In this document: positions 1-11,389 of the stretch, piece after piece
How the letters are laid out: each line of letters begins with the position of its first letter
Numbering within the stretch: the first letter of the stretch is position 1
NCBI GenBank assembly: GCA_051530055.1
Contig: CM121342.1
Span: 7,634,691-7,698,690 of the forward strand
Direction: 5' to 3'
Length of the DNA stretch: 64,000 nt
DNA from: Neoechinorhynchus agilis
Lineage: Eukaryota > Animalia > Acanthocephala
Program-made: the position numbers and the translations under genes
Notes under the pieces: model-generated
Databases searched by the model: none
Told to the model about the DNA's origin: nothing
The model's input: only the letters and a program-made list of their open reading frames with translations

Positions 1-746
1 GGTTCTGTTGAATTGAGGCTTAAAATAATAAGACAATAAAGAATCTTTTAGTTGCAAAAAACAGACATTCAAACACGCCGATGCTCATACCTAATTTTTT
101 TTTGATTCGCCTCAAATGTTCTATTTAGATTTTTTTAGACTTTTAATATTTTAAATAATATCCAAATAAAGGAAACAAATCCCCATAGTAGGAGGATATT
201 TCTCTATTTTTTAAATTATCCTCAAGCAAGAAATAAATCGAGAGAAACGTTGCACAAATAAGCGGACTGATTTTGTTAATACCTGTATTTAAAATAGTGC
301 TCTTTAAAAGAAATCTTTATGTAAATCATAATTACAAGTATACTTTTCAGAATCTTTTTCAAAAAAGAAGAGCTTTCCTGTACTACGTAGTCGAATTCAA
401 GAAATCCAATATCTACAATAAAGTATTTGTTATTATTGATATCCAGAAAAGTAATTCCTTAAAAAAAATCCCGGATTGTAATTTGTTTTCCAGAAAATAC
501 TGCATTTTGCTTGTTCGCACTAAAATTTTATTCGCCTTTAAAAAACTTTTGTGTTAAATTCTAAAAATATCATGTAATATTTGTTAATCCTTTCGCTCAA
601 AGGACCTTTTGCGATTCCTAAATGGTCGATTCAATCCATCCTTACAATCAAGTCTGTGATGATTCGCCTCGACCCTGTGTCCTCTGGCCAAGATAGTCAA
701 TTATTCGTTTAATGCGTTTTTTTTCAACTCATGTCTACGTGTTCGT

Positions 747-1652
747 CTAATAAGTTGACAGTTCTGTGAGTGTACTTTCCAATTCTTCACAGACATTGCG
801 ATATCTTTTCTTTCTATCCCTTATTTGATCTTCTAGTTCATCAATAACATCCTGAAGCTTCACAATTTCCTCTTCGGCCTTATTGGCTCTTTGCTCGGCC
901 ACTTTAAATCTTGCATTAAGATCCTTTATTGTGTCATCAGCCACTTTATCGTTCTTCATTCTTTTTCGATTACTCACTTCCAAAGATTTCACATTATTAC
1001 TAACCACAACGAGTTCTTCTTCTAGTTCCACTAACTTCGCTTCTGCTTCATTCGCCGCTCGTTCCGTAGAATCAAGATCAATATCCATCACCGCCAACGT
1101 ACTCGAAACGTTCTCGAATTTGGTTTCACTTTCCTGTGCACTAGCTGTGACTTCAGCTAGTTGACTTTCTAATAAATTGATTCTGTCAATGTCCTGCTGT
1201 TTCCTTTGCTCCAGAGCTTTACAGTTTCGACTACTTTCATCCGCGACTCCGGACGCTTCATCTAATTTAACTGTAACTTGAGTCAATCTTTGATTTGTAG
1301 CTTCAACTTTATTCTCAAGTTCTCTAAGTTCATTTAAAAGTCGGTGCATTTCTGTGTCCGCTTCTTCTCCTTTTTGATCTTCGGTCTCTAAACGAGCTTC
1401 GGTGTCCGCTAACTGAGTTTTGAGCTGTTCAATCTCAGCTTCAGTGCTGGACATCTTTTTCCGAATATCCGTATTTTCCTGCTCAGCAGCAACAACCTTC
1501 TTTTCAATCTCCTTCACTCGTGCTTCAGCTTCGTCTGCAGCATCAATAGCATCCTCCTTTTCTTGGCGAAGAGCCATCATCTTCTTTCTAATGTTGCCCA
1601 TCACACTTATATCATTTCCACTACTAGATCCTGAAATCGAACCGGTCGACAT
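747..1652 (-). CDS. TPM: Tropomyosin, single exon, possible 17-aa Ser/Gly-rich N-terminal extension
   Basis: 301-aa coiled-coil ORF. From the second Met (ATG at 1601) it is exactly 284 aa and starts MGNIRKKMMALRQEKEDAIDAADEAE, matching the tropomyosin N-terminal pattern; it ends ELESTLTELSTY. Confidence 0.88.
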   Translation of the reverse strand: MSTGSISGSSSGNDISVMGNIRKKMMALRQEKEDAIDAADEAEARVKEIEKKVVAAEQENTDIRKKMSSTEAEIEQLKTQLADTEARLETEDQKGEEADTEMHRLLNELRELENKVEATNQRLTQVTVKLDEASGVADESSRNCKALEQRKQQDIDRINLLESQLAEVTASAQESETKFENVSSTLAVMDIDLDSTERAANEAEAKLVELEEELVVVSNNVKSLEVSNRKRMKNDKVADDTIKDLNARFKVAEQRANKAEEEIVKLQDVIDELEDQIRDRKKRYRNVCEELESTLTELSTY

Positions 1653-2823
1653 TTTGACAAGTACACTGGATTCGGTTGGATGTAAGAGTAGAACTAAAAT
1701 GACGAGAGGGAGTGAGGGATAAATACAACCAAAAAAGACGAGACAAAAGGATCAACAGTGGCGATGATGAAAATATACAAGGAAATAGGACAGGGGCACA
1801 ACAAGGAGGTGAACAAGGTGTCACACACACCCAAGAGAGCAAACGCAATGACACTACCAAACATCATGCGCCTCCTCCTCCTCTTCATCGAGAATAATCG
1901 ACCTGGAATGCATGGAGGCAACGATGAAAAATACATATCCATTGACCTTGCTCAATCATGCGTGCTTAGTCTCGAGTTTTCTAAACGAAATATCCACTAT
2001 ATCTGTTAAGGTAGTCAATTATGTGACAGATTCGGACGTTTTTTGGTCTTGAAGACGAAAGGGTTCAAGTGGAGGTCACTGGTAAGCTTTCGTTTTGTAT
2101 CAGATGTAAAACTTGTGGCGGCCTTGATGTACAACATCTTGAGAAGTCATTAGGTGTCGATATGCTCAGAAATTCTCAGACAAAAGTACGATTGGAATGT
2201 TTTAGTCGTCGGTGAAATCCTTCAATGCGGAAATTATTAACATTTCAATTTGAAAACGCTTAAACACATTCTTATGTTCACTTTCGCGGATCGAGGTTTC
2301 AATGAAAATTCTAACTTTTAGGAAAAGAACACTACTATGCCACACTGAAATCAATTTTCTTTCAAAAACTTGAACTACTCTTTTGACCCATCGAATATCT
2401 GTCAATGAGCAATGAAGAACACCTCGGCATTTTGCTTATATAAATATCAGTCGAATTCCATTTACAAGGGTTGCGTCCAAAATGCCGTATGAAGGTGCCT
2501 TCCAAGAAACTGATCGGGGAGTAGAAAAGGATTCTTGTGCTTCCATTTTTGTTAATTGTACAGAAAAGGTCACATTCTAAAAAGAATATCAATAAATCTT
2601 TATGCTTATTAAAGGTATTAGTAAAATAATTTACAGGATTTAATTCATAACTGAGATAAATTTACTCGTCAACTGCACAGTCTTCACCAAATAAACGAAA
2701 AACGCAGCCAATGATAAATTAGGATAATTTCGCTACCCACTGTTCCTTCTATCTTTTTGACAGGCGGCGCTTCAAAAGATTAATGTGAACGAAAAAATCC
2801 CAACGAAAACTTTTAAATTAAAG

Positions 2824-3630
2824 TTTGAAGATTGAATTATTCATGTTTTTATATGACCGAAAATTGCGAGTAGTAATTTACTAGATCTAATATTTTGGAG
2901 GCATAATCTTGTACGCATTTATCAAGGATGCTTGTAAATTTACTATTTTTTCCATCATATAAAAATTATAGAAAAATTAGAATTTTTTTATGGGTGGCTC
3001 AGCCGGTAGTTTTTTTGATATATATTTTATTGTTCCATACACGGCCGAATGGACTCACAGTCCACCGGCCTCTTGGAGATATCTGAGAATCCGGAAGGAT
3101 TCTTACAAACTGACTGCGGGTGTCCATTCAGCCGTGTATGGAAAGGATGCTTGTAAGTTTACTATTTTTTCCATCATATAAAAATTATAGAAAAATTAGA
3201 ATTTTTTTATGGGTGGCTCAGCCGGTAGTTTTTTTGATATATATTTTATTGTTCCATACACGGCCGAATGGACTCACAGTCCACCGGCCTCTTGGAGATA
3301 TCTGAGAATCCAGAGGGATTCTTACAAACTCATTTACCGTACAGTCTTGGAGCATTGAGCGCAGACCAGCGCTTCCCAGGCCGAAATCGGTGGACTGCGG
3401 GTGTCCATTCAGCCGTGTATGGAATAATAAAATATCTATCAAAAAAGAAAAATTAGAATTTGAAGATTGAATTATTCATGTTTTTATGTGACCGAAAATT
3501 GCGAGTAGTAATTTACTAGATCCAATATTTTGGAGGCATAATCTTGTACGCATTTATCAAGGATGCTTGTAAGTTAACTTTACGATGTAAGCTTACTTCA
3601 ATTTTTCCACCATATAAAAATATAGAAAAA
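2824..3630. repeat. Composite dispersed repeat with local duplications
   Basis: Block TTTGAAGATTGAATTATTCATG...ATCAAGGATGCTTGTAA occurs at about 2824-2938 and 3460-3572. A block of about 165 bp occurs at about 2924-3090 and 3143-3310. Part of the first block recurs at 63737-63825. Confidence 0.85.
3230..3446. mobile_element. MITE-like foldback element with ~55-bp imperfect terminal inverted repeats
   Basis: Left arm ...ATATTTTATTGTTCCATACACGGCCGAATGGACTCACAGTCCACC; right arm GGTGGACTGCGGGTGTCCATTCAGCCGTGTATGGAATAATAAAATAT... An internally deleted copy lies at about 3010-3143. No clear TSD. Confidence 0.6.
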
Positions 3631-3814
3631 GTAGTGTTGAATAATGTCTGTTAATTTAATCTTCTGTTTGAACAAACGTCATTTTGGTTATTATCGGTCG
3701 CTCGTCAAATTATACAAATGATCAAATTATAGTCTGTTTCTCTCGGAACAGGAATCATTCACACCACCGCTCTGGATCGCTCAGCTACCGTCCTCGTGTA
3801 TCGGTCGAAAGGAC

Positions 3815-5975
3815 GGATGCAGCGTTCTCGCCCGTTGCAGAGTTAGACTAATGTTTTGTAGGAGGAATGCTCCTGCCCTCGGATAATGATTTCGACTCAG
3901 GTCCCTGTATTTAATGTTTTTTGCATTCCTCAGCGACGATTGCTGCAAACCTGGTTCAATAATGGCGAATTTTATGGCGTTGGCTGCGAATGGCGTCCCA
4001 GAGAAGACATTTTCCTTCTCGCCAAAGGAATGCTGTGACACCGTCAGGTCTATGGCGGCCATCGAGTCGGCAAAGATTGCTCGGCTCTAGGATGTTGGGT
4101 GCATTCACATTGTTCATGGCACTACTAAGAATTACGTTCACTTCGACGTGTCGTGAGTACCTTCCGCCTGATTGCCGACAGACGAGATCATGGCGTCCCG
4201 ATGGTTCCACGGTCGCTCCGCAGCGGCAGCGATGGGATGCGCACATCGGTAACCCAAGTCTCAGGGGCACTGCTATCCTTACTGTCTCGTCGGAGTGTAC
4301 CCACAGAAGCCATTGGGATAGCGTTGAGCCAAGCACCCGATTGTCTTGTAGAGACTGCCGCCAATCGAATTCAGTTCGCAAGGTAACGAGAGTTTGAAAT
4401 TAAAGAGTAATGAATTTGTTTGCAACCATTGACGGGTACATGCTCGCTACCGGAATCTCCATACCAGACTAAGAACCTCCACGAAATCTTCATCCAAAGT
4501 GTAATTCTCGCTATAAACGGATTTAACTGTTTTGCGGCTTGCTTCATAGGATCCCAAATAAGAGGCTGACAGAGAAATATCGGTTACTTTCCGGATACCC
4601 AAACCGCCGGACGACACAGTCAAGGACGCTTGACGCTAAAATTTTCTCGAGAAAGGCTTTCACCGTCTCGTCTAATTTTGCCAGCTTATCCTTATGTCTA
4701 AAAAAGGTGCTGTGCGTAGCTTATAGAGCAATTTTGGAATGAAGAGGGTGTTTTTGATAAGGAACAGAGCCTCGTATGAAGATAATTCATCAACTCGTTC
4801 GCACAGCACCGAAAGTTTCGGTTGAAGATTGACAATTTTTGCTTCAACATTAGAACCAAAAATGCTACTTCCTAGAAGATTCAATCGGTCTAGAGTGATC
4901 ATTTCTATCTCGTGGGCGTCGCCCCACGTTCATCACTAAAATCTCGCATTTCGCAGCATTCAATTCAATGCACATTTTCGCCGTCTCCTTCACGAGTGTC
5001 TCGAAATCGCGCAGTATAACAAAGGGGTTACCTCCGAGCGTGGCATCTTCCAGGTACCAGCCGTTAAAACTGGACTGGAGAGTGTGCGACGGGATTGACT
5101 GCGAGTGAGAAAACCAATGGGCCCAAAGGATCCCCTTGTTGAACTCCTCTTTCTGACCACAAAACGTGGCTATTGAACAACAAGGGAGTTAGAGTCCCAT
5201 AAGCATTAACGAAATAGCGAAATGCTTCTGGTGCGTGATCTCTAACTACTTCGGGCAAATCTGCTCATTGAACTGTGTTGAATGCATTTTTGAAATAAAA
5301 TTTCAAGATCACGCACGGCTTTGAGTTTTCGGTGATGATCGTGCAGAATGAATGAACAATCGCCTCTGCGCCACAAGGTGTACAGCAGCCCAACTGAGTA
5401 TTATCTATTTTTTTATTTTACAAGCAGATTTCGAGTGTTGAGACCGGAGCCCGTCAAGCTCGTGAGCTGATCCATTAGCAAAAGAGGAGATTGCCATCTT
5501 CAATTCTGATTTCGATGATAAAACATAAGGGATTGTATCGAAGGATTTCACGAAATACTGCTCACCGCCGTCACTGGGATGTTTGGAACGAAGACTTCGT
5601 AAAGTTTCTTCGTAATCTTTGGCTAGACTGTCCATTGATGATAAAAGACGAACTGCTCCTCGGACATCTTCGTCTGTGAGCTTCGAAGAAACGCGTCCAG
5701 CAAGCGACCGATGTGAGTTTCGACGGTGGTCAGGCTCCTGGATATACTCCTTACGTAGCTCGCATGCTGTCCAAAGACATTGAGTAAAATTTTCGCTCTT
5801 TTATTTTTGTTGTTAGAGATCCTTCAGAAACATCACCAGCGGAAAACACTAGTCTAGAAAACGCAAAGATACGCATCCACGACAACTCTGACTTAGTCTC
5901 GATGCAGTCTATCAATAGAGAGGTGAATCTCTTTGCGGTCTGATATCGCGTGCCCTTTGGGGAGGCTTAAAAGGT
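3815..5975 (-). mobile_element. Decayed RLE-type (CRE-clade-like) non-LTR retrotransposon, copy 1
   Basis: Frameshifted fragments in the expected order: PKGTRYQTAKR; DVRGAVRLLSS...LRSKHP; RT motifs QQGDPLGPLVF and WYLED; CRCG...RHDLVC zinc knuckle; RPDG...GKCLLWDA restriction-like endonuclease; KY..L and ISLTLQR tail motifs. Confidence 0.88.
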
Positions 5976-6284
5976 TCCACAAATATCTAGCCGGCAAAGT
6001 TCACGACGTTATGGATTGTGTACGATTGAAGGAGTTCAAACTTTTCAATGAAAAATTTGAGACGCACTTTAGAAGAAGAAGGGAGTAGGGTACAACGAGA
6101 ATATTATCGTTCAAAAACTCATATTCATTTAATATATTAGGCACAAACTTTCGCACCCTCACGCAATGAGGAAAAGGATACAAACAATCCAGTCCATTTT
6201 AGTTAAGAATTCATGTGAGCGTGTGGTGTGAATGGCGGCGAAGGGTGCTTGTGCAGCAAAATTCCGCTCTCTCTCGCTCGCTAA

Positions 6285-7724
6285 TCATTGAAAATGTTTA
6301 ATTTTTGGCTTACGTCTCCTATCAGGAGGAGCCAAGCAACGTCTCGAATGACCATTCCAATGACTTTCGACAATAAGTTTGAATAAATGATAGCTTGGTC
6401 CCAGTTTCAGCATTGCGTTTATACCGAGTGACCGTGCATATTCCTGGACTCTTTTGTCGCCATATAGGAAAAGGTTTAATGCGAATTTAAGTACGTGAGC
6501 GGTTTCGCCCTTGGCTCCATCTTCCCGTGATCGACTTAAAAGTTTCTCTAATTGCGCCCGAGCTTTCTGCTGATCATCTCGAACAGTTTTCGCATTTACA
6601 TTCGGGCTTCGTCTTTCACAGTAGTTGTCCAACATTGTGAGTAGTCCTTTGTTTGTGACATCATCATCATAAGCCAGAGGATCACATTCGTCCGATACAG
6701 CCAAAGAAAGATCATTGATGAGAACGCAGAAAGGTTTCATTGGCGCTTTTTGCTGAGAATCGCCCAAGTCATAATCGCGACCGCTGGAGTGCATGTCCTT
6801 TTCGGTGGAATTTGCGACAGCACAGGCGAATTCTCTGTTGTTGTTGACCTTAACGAATAGTTTCGATTGTTTTTTGACCGAGGCGAAGTTTCTAAGTGCT
6901 GAAAAGACGTTTAAACCGAGCACTTTAAATTTACAAGATCTGGATTCGTCATTTATAGCGACGAAACTGGGCATTTGGGAAGGTGCATGGCGATAGTATC
7001 CGAGATGAATACCCGTGTTAGGAACTCTGGCGATTGTGGTGAATTGTGGAACGTCGTAAAAGTGTCGGCAATGAAGGATCCAGTCCTGTATTTCCATACA
7101 AGCGTAATCATAAGGACCACAAAGGGCGACTCCGATGCTTTTAAAAAGTGCCAGTTTAGGATTACTGGGGCATTGTTTGGCGCAATAGAAGTAAAGTTGG
7201 AAAAAGTCATCGGGTAGAGCGAACGGATACGATTGGTCGATGCGGTTTCGTAGATTTTCCGTCAATGACCACGCATAAACGTCTCGGTTGTTCAATGAAC
7301 AGCACGACGACGGAGAAGCCGAAGAAGAGTCCATCACGTAAGTGTTTGAGCGATTAAGTGGCGATAGAGGAGTCTGAATCGGTGTGGTGGACAATGCAGT
7401 TCCACCGGGTGACATTGACGTTGTGCGTTGAGACGACGAATGGAGATGATGAGTATCGGGGGGAGCAACAGACGAGCTCTTTGATATAACAGCACGTCTT
7501 GTCCGTTTACTTGGCCGTTGCGCTGAAGCAGTGCTCAGAAGAACGGATTTTCGCTTAGGCCGAGTGCTCAGAGTTGGCGATCCGCCGCCGGTGGATAAAG
7601 CCTCGTCCGTCGTCTTCTGATCCGTACTCGTTGTCTTTGAACACTTGAGATCGTCTTCAATCAAAGTCTTCTTGGATCCTCCCGATTCTGGACACTTATC
7701 GCCGCTCAATCCTTTACTTTGCAT
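6285..7724 (-). CDS. HPF1: Histone PARylation factor 1-like (DUF2228), intronless, long Ser/Thr-rich N-terminus
   Basis: Motifs FALPDDFFQLY, IGVALCGPYD, LHCRHFYDVPQFTTI, GIHLGYYRHAP, CKFKVLGLNVFSAL and LNLFLYG match the HPF1 family. First ATG is at 7724; the ORF track start at 7742 is TTG. Confidence 0.8.
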   Translation of the reverse strand: MQSKGLSGDKCPESGGSKKTLIEDDLKCSKTTSTDQKTTDEALSTGGGSPTLSTRPKRKSVLLSTASAQRPSKRTRRAVISKSSSVAPPDTHHLHSSSQRTTSMSPGGTALSTTPIQTPLSPLNRSNTYVMDSSSASPSSCCSLNNRDVYAWSLTENLRNRIDQSYPFALPDDFFQLYFYCAKQCPSNPKLALFKSIGVALCGPYDYACMEIQDWILHCRHFYDVPQFTTIARVPNTGIHLGYYRHAPSQMPSFVAINDESRSCKFKVLGLNVFSALRNFASVKKQSKLFVKVNNNREFACAVANSTEKDMHSSGRDYDLGDSQQKAPMKPFCVLINDLSLAVSDECDPLAYDDDVTNKGLLTMLDNYCERRSPNVNAKTVRDDQQKARAQLEKLLSRSREDGAKGETAHVLKFALNLFLYGDKRVQEYARSLGINAMLKLGPSYHLFKLIVESHWNGHSRRCLAPPDRRRKPKIKHFQ

Positions 7725-9433
7725 CTTAAATGTAGGACGCAAATTAAAAAACTCTTTTTAAATATAAACTTCTTCCGTAAAAAAACCAAACTACAAACGA
7801 AATTAGGGCTCAATTCGACACGCCGCAACGATTCCTCGTAAACGTTTTAGAACAAAAATACTCCTTTTAATAATAAAACAAGTCACTTGAAAAAAACCCA
7901 AATTAAATGATGTTAGTCGTACATTGCTTGAAAAAACCCGTCTAGGAACGCTATTGGTCAATTTCTTTAAATGAAAATGCCCCCTGCCGTCGAACGAGGC
8001 TCTAAAACGATCGCAAGCGTACCCACGAGCGGTAGAGAAAGCCTCGCAAACACAAAAAGGAGAATCTTCTCGTTGAATTGTCGCTAAGGAACGATATGAT
8101 AATAACCACGGAAGAATGCTAGTCCAATTTACGTCATAATTTCGTCACAAATGTACGAATTGCTTGGTAGTGCGCGGGAAAGAGGCGGAAATTCGAACTT
8201 TATACGTTGCTCCATAATTAAAGCATTCCGCACAAGAGAAATTCGAATTTTATTACTGATTTTTTTGGTGCATTTTTCAATAAGAACGCCAGAGACATAT
8301 AATTTTTTGATTTCGAAAAAAATGAATCTCTTAACACTTACCATAGAACCGTTTTATTGGTAATCCGATCACAAAAAAATTAATCGTGTTTATGCTGTAC
8401 ATTGTTAATGGACACGCTTTCTTTCGTCGTAATTATTTTTTAATTATACCAGCCAATCAGAAGAGGCCTTAGATGATATTGATGCCAAGAAATTATTTGC
8501 TGAATGTTTGAGGGTTTTAGTCGGAATTTCGATCGGGAAAATATGCTTTTGTGGTTTTTCCAATTGCTGAAGCATTACTAGGGTTCAACTTTTGTTGTTG
8601 CTAAAATGTTGATTTTTTTAAAATAAACAAAATAATAACAATCCATATTTTAAGTTTTACTGCCAAGCCGGTATTGTTATCATCATTAAATTTTAGTCTA
8701 TTCCTTTCTTGTCCGGCTTATTTTTTAGGCATAATCCATATTGGCGATTTGCCAGCATAAAAAAACCGTGAAACGCAAAGGAGTAGTCGATATTTTTATT
8801 TGATCGAAATTCAAACGCAATTCCAAATTCTATCGATGTCTTTGCCGTTCCAATTACATGAAAATAGTTGACATTTAAACATGAACTTTAGATGCACATT
8901 TTTAGAGAATATTTTGACGGGTTACAATCCATTTTAAGAGATTAGAATGCGATAAATGTCACATTGACGGTAAATCAACATCCATCTTCCTTTGAGGTCA
9001 CCGTAAGGACTTAGTGCTATCATTCCCAATTATGCATTGTTTATCAAAAAGCTCAAAATAATTTTTCGTTAAAAACCCTTATTATCTATTGAGCGAATTG
9101 CATAGCTTCTAAGGTTCTTGAAATCCTATTTCAGTGAAGCCAAAAACGTCGAATTTCTTTATTTCCTGACTTTCAAGCGGGTCATTAAACCCCATTATTA
9201 GCCAAACCGTATTGATCTTTCGAGATATAAAAAATGCAAGTTCAATTTTAAGGTCAACACAAAAATTCATCAGGTTGTTTTGTTGAGAATCTGATTTGTC
9301 CATTGAGCGAATTACGTAACCTCTAAGGTTCTTGAACTCCTATTTCAAAATAATTCCTCAAAACTTGACAAAGACCGCTTTTAATTATTTGACACCAAGT
9401 GTGACTTGTTTCCTCTAGATTTTTGGAATAGAA

Positions 9434-9863
9434 ATGGAAAGCACTAAAAATCCGTCTCTTGAACAAGAGACCCGCCTGGCGAATGCAACGGAGACTCCAA
9501 TTTTCGAATTCATTACAAAAGCTGAGATAGATAAACTTAAGAAGCCAAAGGTACAACGTTGTAAAGCACAGCGGTGGGAAACACACCGCAGGCGAAATAT
9601 TGCAATGCACAGCCAAGGTATTTGCTTTAGTGTCTTAAAATTTCTTCAGAATTAAATGCCATTATTTAGTGGAAATGAGGAGGCGAAATAGGATATCTAC
9701 TGGGATTGCTGCGCTTAGACTAGAGCTTCCGGACGATCAACAGGTTTCACATCGAAGAATGACTAAAACTGAGATCGTTGATAAAAGTTTGGATTATATA
9801 AAAACCTTGAATGAGGAGAATAGTCGATTGGTTGAGGAAGCGCTGTATAGGTTTCATCAATAA
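9434..9863 (+). CDS. Small bHLH transcription factor, two exons
   Basis: A GT-AG intron at 9618-9669 (52 nt) joins the two listed ORFs into HSQVEMRRRNRISTGIAALRLELP...MTKTEIVDKSLDYIKTL. The H-x3-E-x3-R basic region is the class B (CACGTG-binding) type. Subfamily not assignable. Confidence 0.8.
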
Positions 9864-9928
9864 AAGTGCTCACATATCGAACAGAATACAGTATTGGGCC
9901 ATGCTTGCTCAGAGCAGCAACGTTTTTT

Positions 9929-10036
9929 GTATTTCTTCTTTTAGAGTATCAATTTGCAATTTAAATTGTTCTTCTTGAAATATCATCTGCTGTCTTAGCA
10001 TTTCATTCTCACGTTTGAGATTTGGATTTGACCGAC
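9929..10036 (-). pseudogene. Inverted duplicate of a GRIPAP1 exon fragment
   Basis: Essentially exact reverse complement of 17991-18099, which encodes SNPNLKRENEMLRQQMIFQEEQFKLQIDTLKEEI. Confidence 0.85.
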
Positions 10037-10421
10037 TGGCCATTGTCGTTTACTCTAAGCATCGTCATCTACTCTAAGCTTCGTCGCTTACTCTTAAATT
10101 GCAAAAATAGTCAATGAGCAGTAAACGAGAATCGGCCAAGTATTCCACTCTTATTGATGTTGCACTAAAAAGTGCTTCGAACGAGTTACTGAAACTCTAA
10201 AGGACTTATTAAGTGAAGCGGTGAGCAAAGTTAAGTCTTAAAAGTGAATAGTTGGTCGAAGTCAAAAAGTACAAAGGGAAAAACGCTAACGGTTCAAAGG
10301 GGCAGACAAAGGTTTCAAAGGTGAATTCTAAGAAGCAGAATAAAGGTTTACAGAAATCGGATAGCAAAGTGGCCGCACAGGAGAATACGGTTTTAGTAAA
10401 GACTGCGAATATTTCGACAAT

Positions 10422-10474
10422 TACCAAGTCCCTAGTAATTGTCGAATATTTCGACAATTATTAGGGACTTGGTA
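10422..10474. other. Near-perfect 25-bp-stem hairpin
   Basis: TACCAAGTCCCTA-G-TAATTGTCGAA-tat-TTCGACAATTA-T-TAGGGACTTGGTA. The 17-mer at 10444-10460 is also directly repeated at 10407-10423. Confidence 0.85.
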
Positions 10475-10544
10475 CCACCCTCAGGAGGATATTCAGCCTT
10501 GAGTACTTTATGATTCCAATATTACTGTTGAGGAGTATGATATT

Positions 10545-10960
10545 GTGACTGAGAACCATAGGGAAAACGATCCAGCTGAAGTAACTACTAAGAAAGCTAC
10601 GGTCGAACAAAAGGTCGAAGAAATGTCTGAACGAGTAGAAACAAAAGCAAAAGGAGGAACTTCATCAAAGTCGATTTATTTCGGTAATGATACACCTTCT
10701 CCACCCTCATGCACTCCTCCCTCGAGGATATAAATCGCACCATATTTATTTCTGGTATGCCAGAAGTCCCTTCGCCGATGCACACCACCGCCACCAAATC
10801 TTTTCCTTTTCCCCGACATTCACTCTACTATTCCTCCCCATCAACAGTTATGCACATTACCTCCGAAAATCCCTTTAACCCGAGACCACGTCTCCTCAAA
10901 GTAACTTTTATTTCACAACTCGTAGCCTCCCTCTTTCTTAACAGGAGACAGACTCTTTAC
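10545..10960 (+). mobile_element. Possible LINE ORF1 relic (CR1/L2-like)
   Basis: Fragments RTIFISGMPE and PRPRLLKVTFISQ resemble the RRM-like ORF1 motifs of CR1/L2-type LINEs; frameshifted. Confidence 0.4.
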
Positions 10961-11178
10961 TTCTTAATTTTCTGTTAGTATTTATCCACATAAAATCGCA
11001 AGAGATCCCTGATGAGCGCATGCAATGAAATGATTAAGTTTCGTTAACAAAAATGAATATATTTTACAATTATTCATACTTCGTATTGATTTCAACGGCG
11101 ATTCTAATCATCCCTCAAAATTCTGGTCTCCGGTTTCAATCAAATCTGAAATAAGACTCGCACATTACAGTTTCCATC

Positions 11179-11382
11179 AGTTCATACGACCCTTGACGAA
11201 TTTTAAATAAACTGTTTAATCAAAGTGAATGAGCATTATCTCTAAAATAGATTCAAAGACGCATTAGCCGGAAATCTTCTCCCAAAGCTTCCTCACGAAG
11301 TTAAAGTATTGCCTCTTCTTAATGCTCAAGTTTCATTTCTTCAAAAATTAAAAAATATCAACTCAATAAAATAAGTTCGCAT
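11179..11382 (-). repeat. Inverted copy of GRIPAP1 intronic sequence 17627-17828
   Basis: About 200-bp near-identical reverse complement, e.g. GCATTAGCCGGAAATCTTCTCCCAAAGCTTCCTCACGAAG versus its complement at about 17710-17750. Confidence 0.9.
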
Positions 11383-11389
11383 CATAAAA

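Noticed and set aside
1694-2213. ORF 1758-2009 and a following open frame with apparent 19-22-nt introns
   Set aside because: No recognisable domain, the phases did not give a coherent protein, and such tiny introns are not supported elsewhere in the window.
9088-9347. ~47-bp direct repeat at about 9088 and 9301
   Set aside because: Only two diverged copies and no associated element features.
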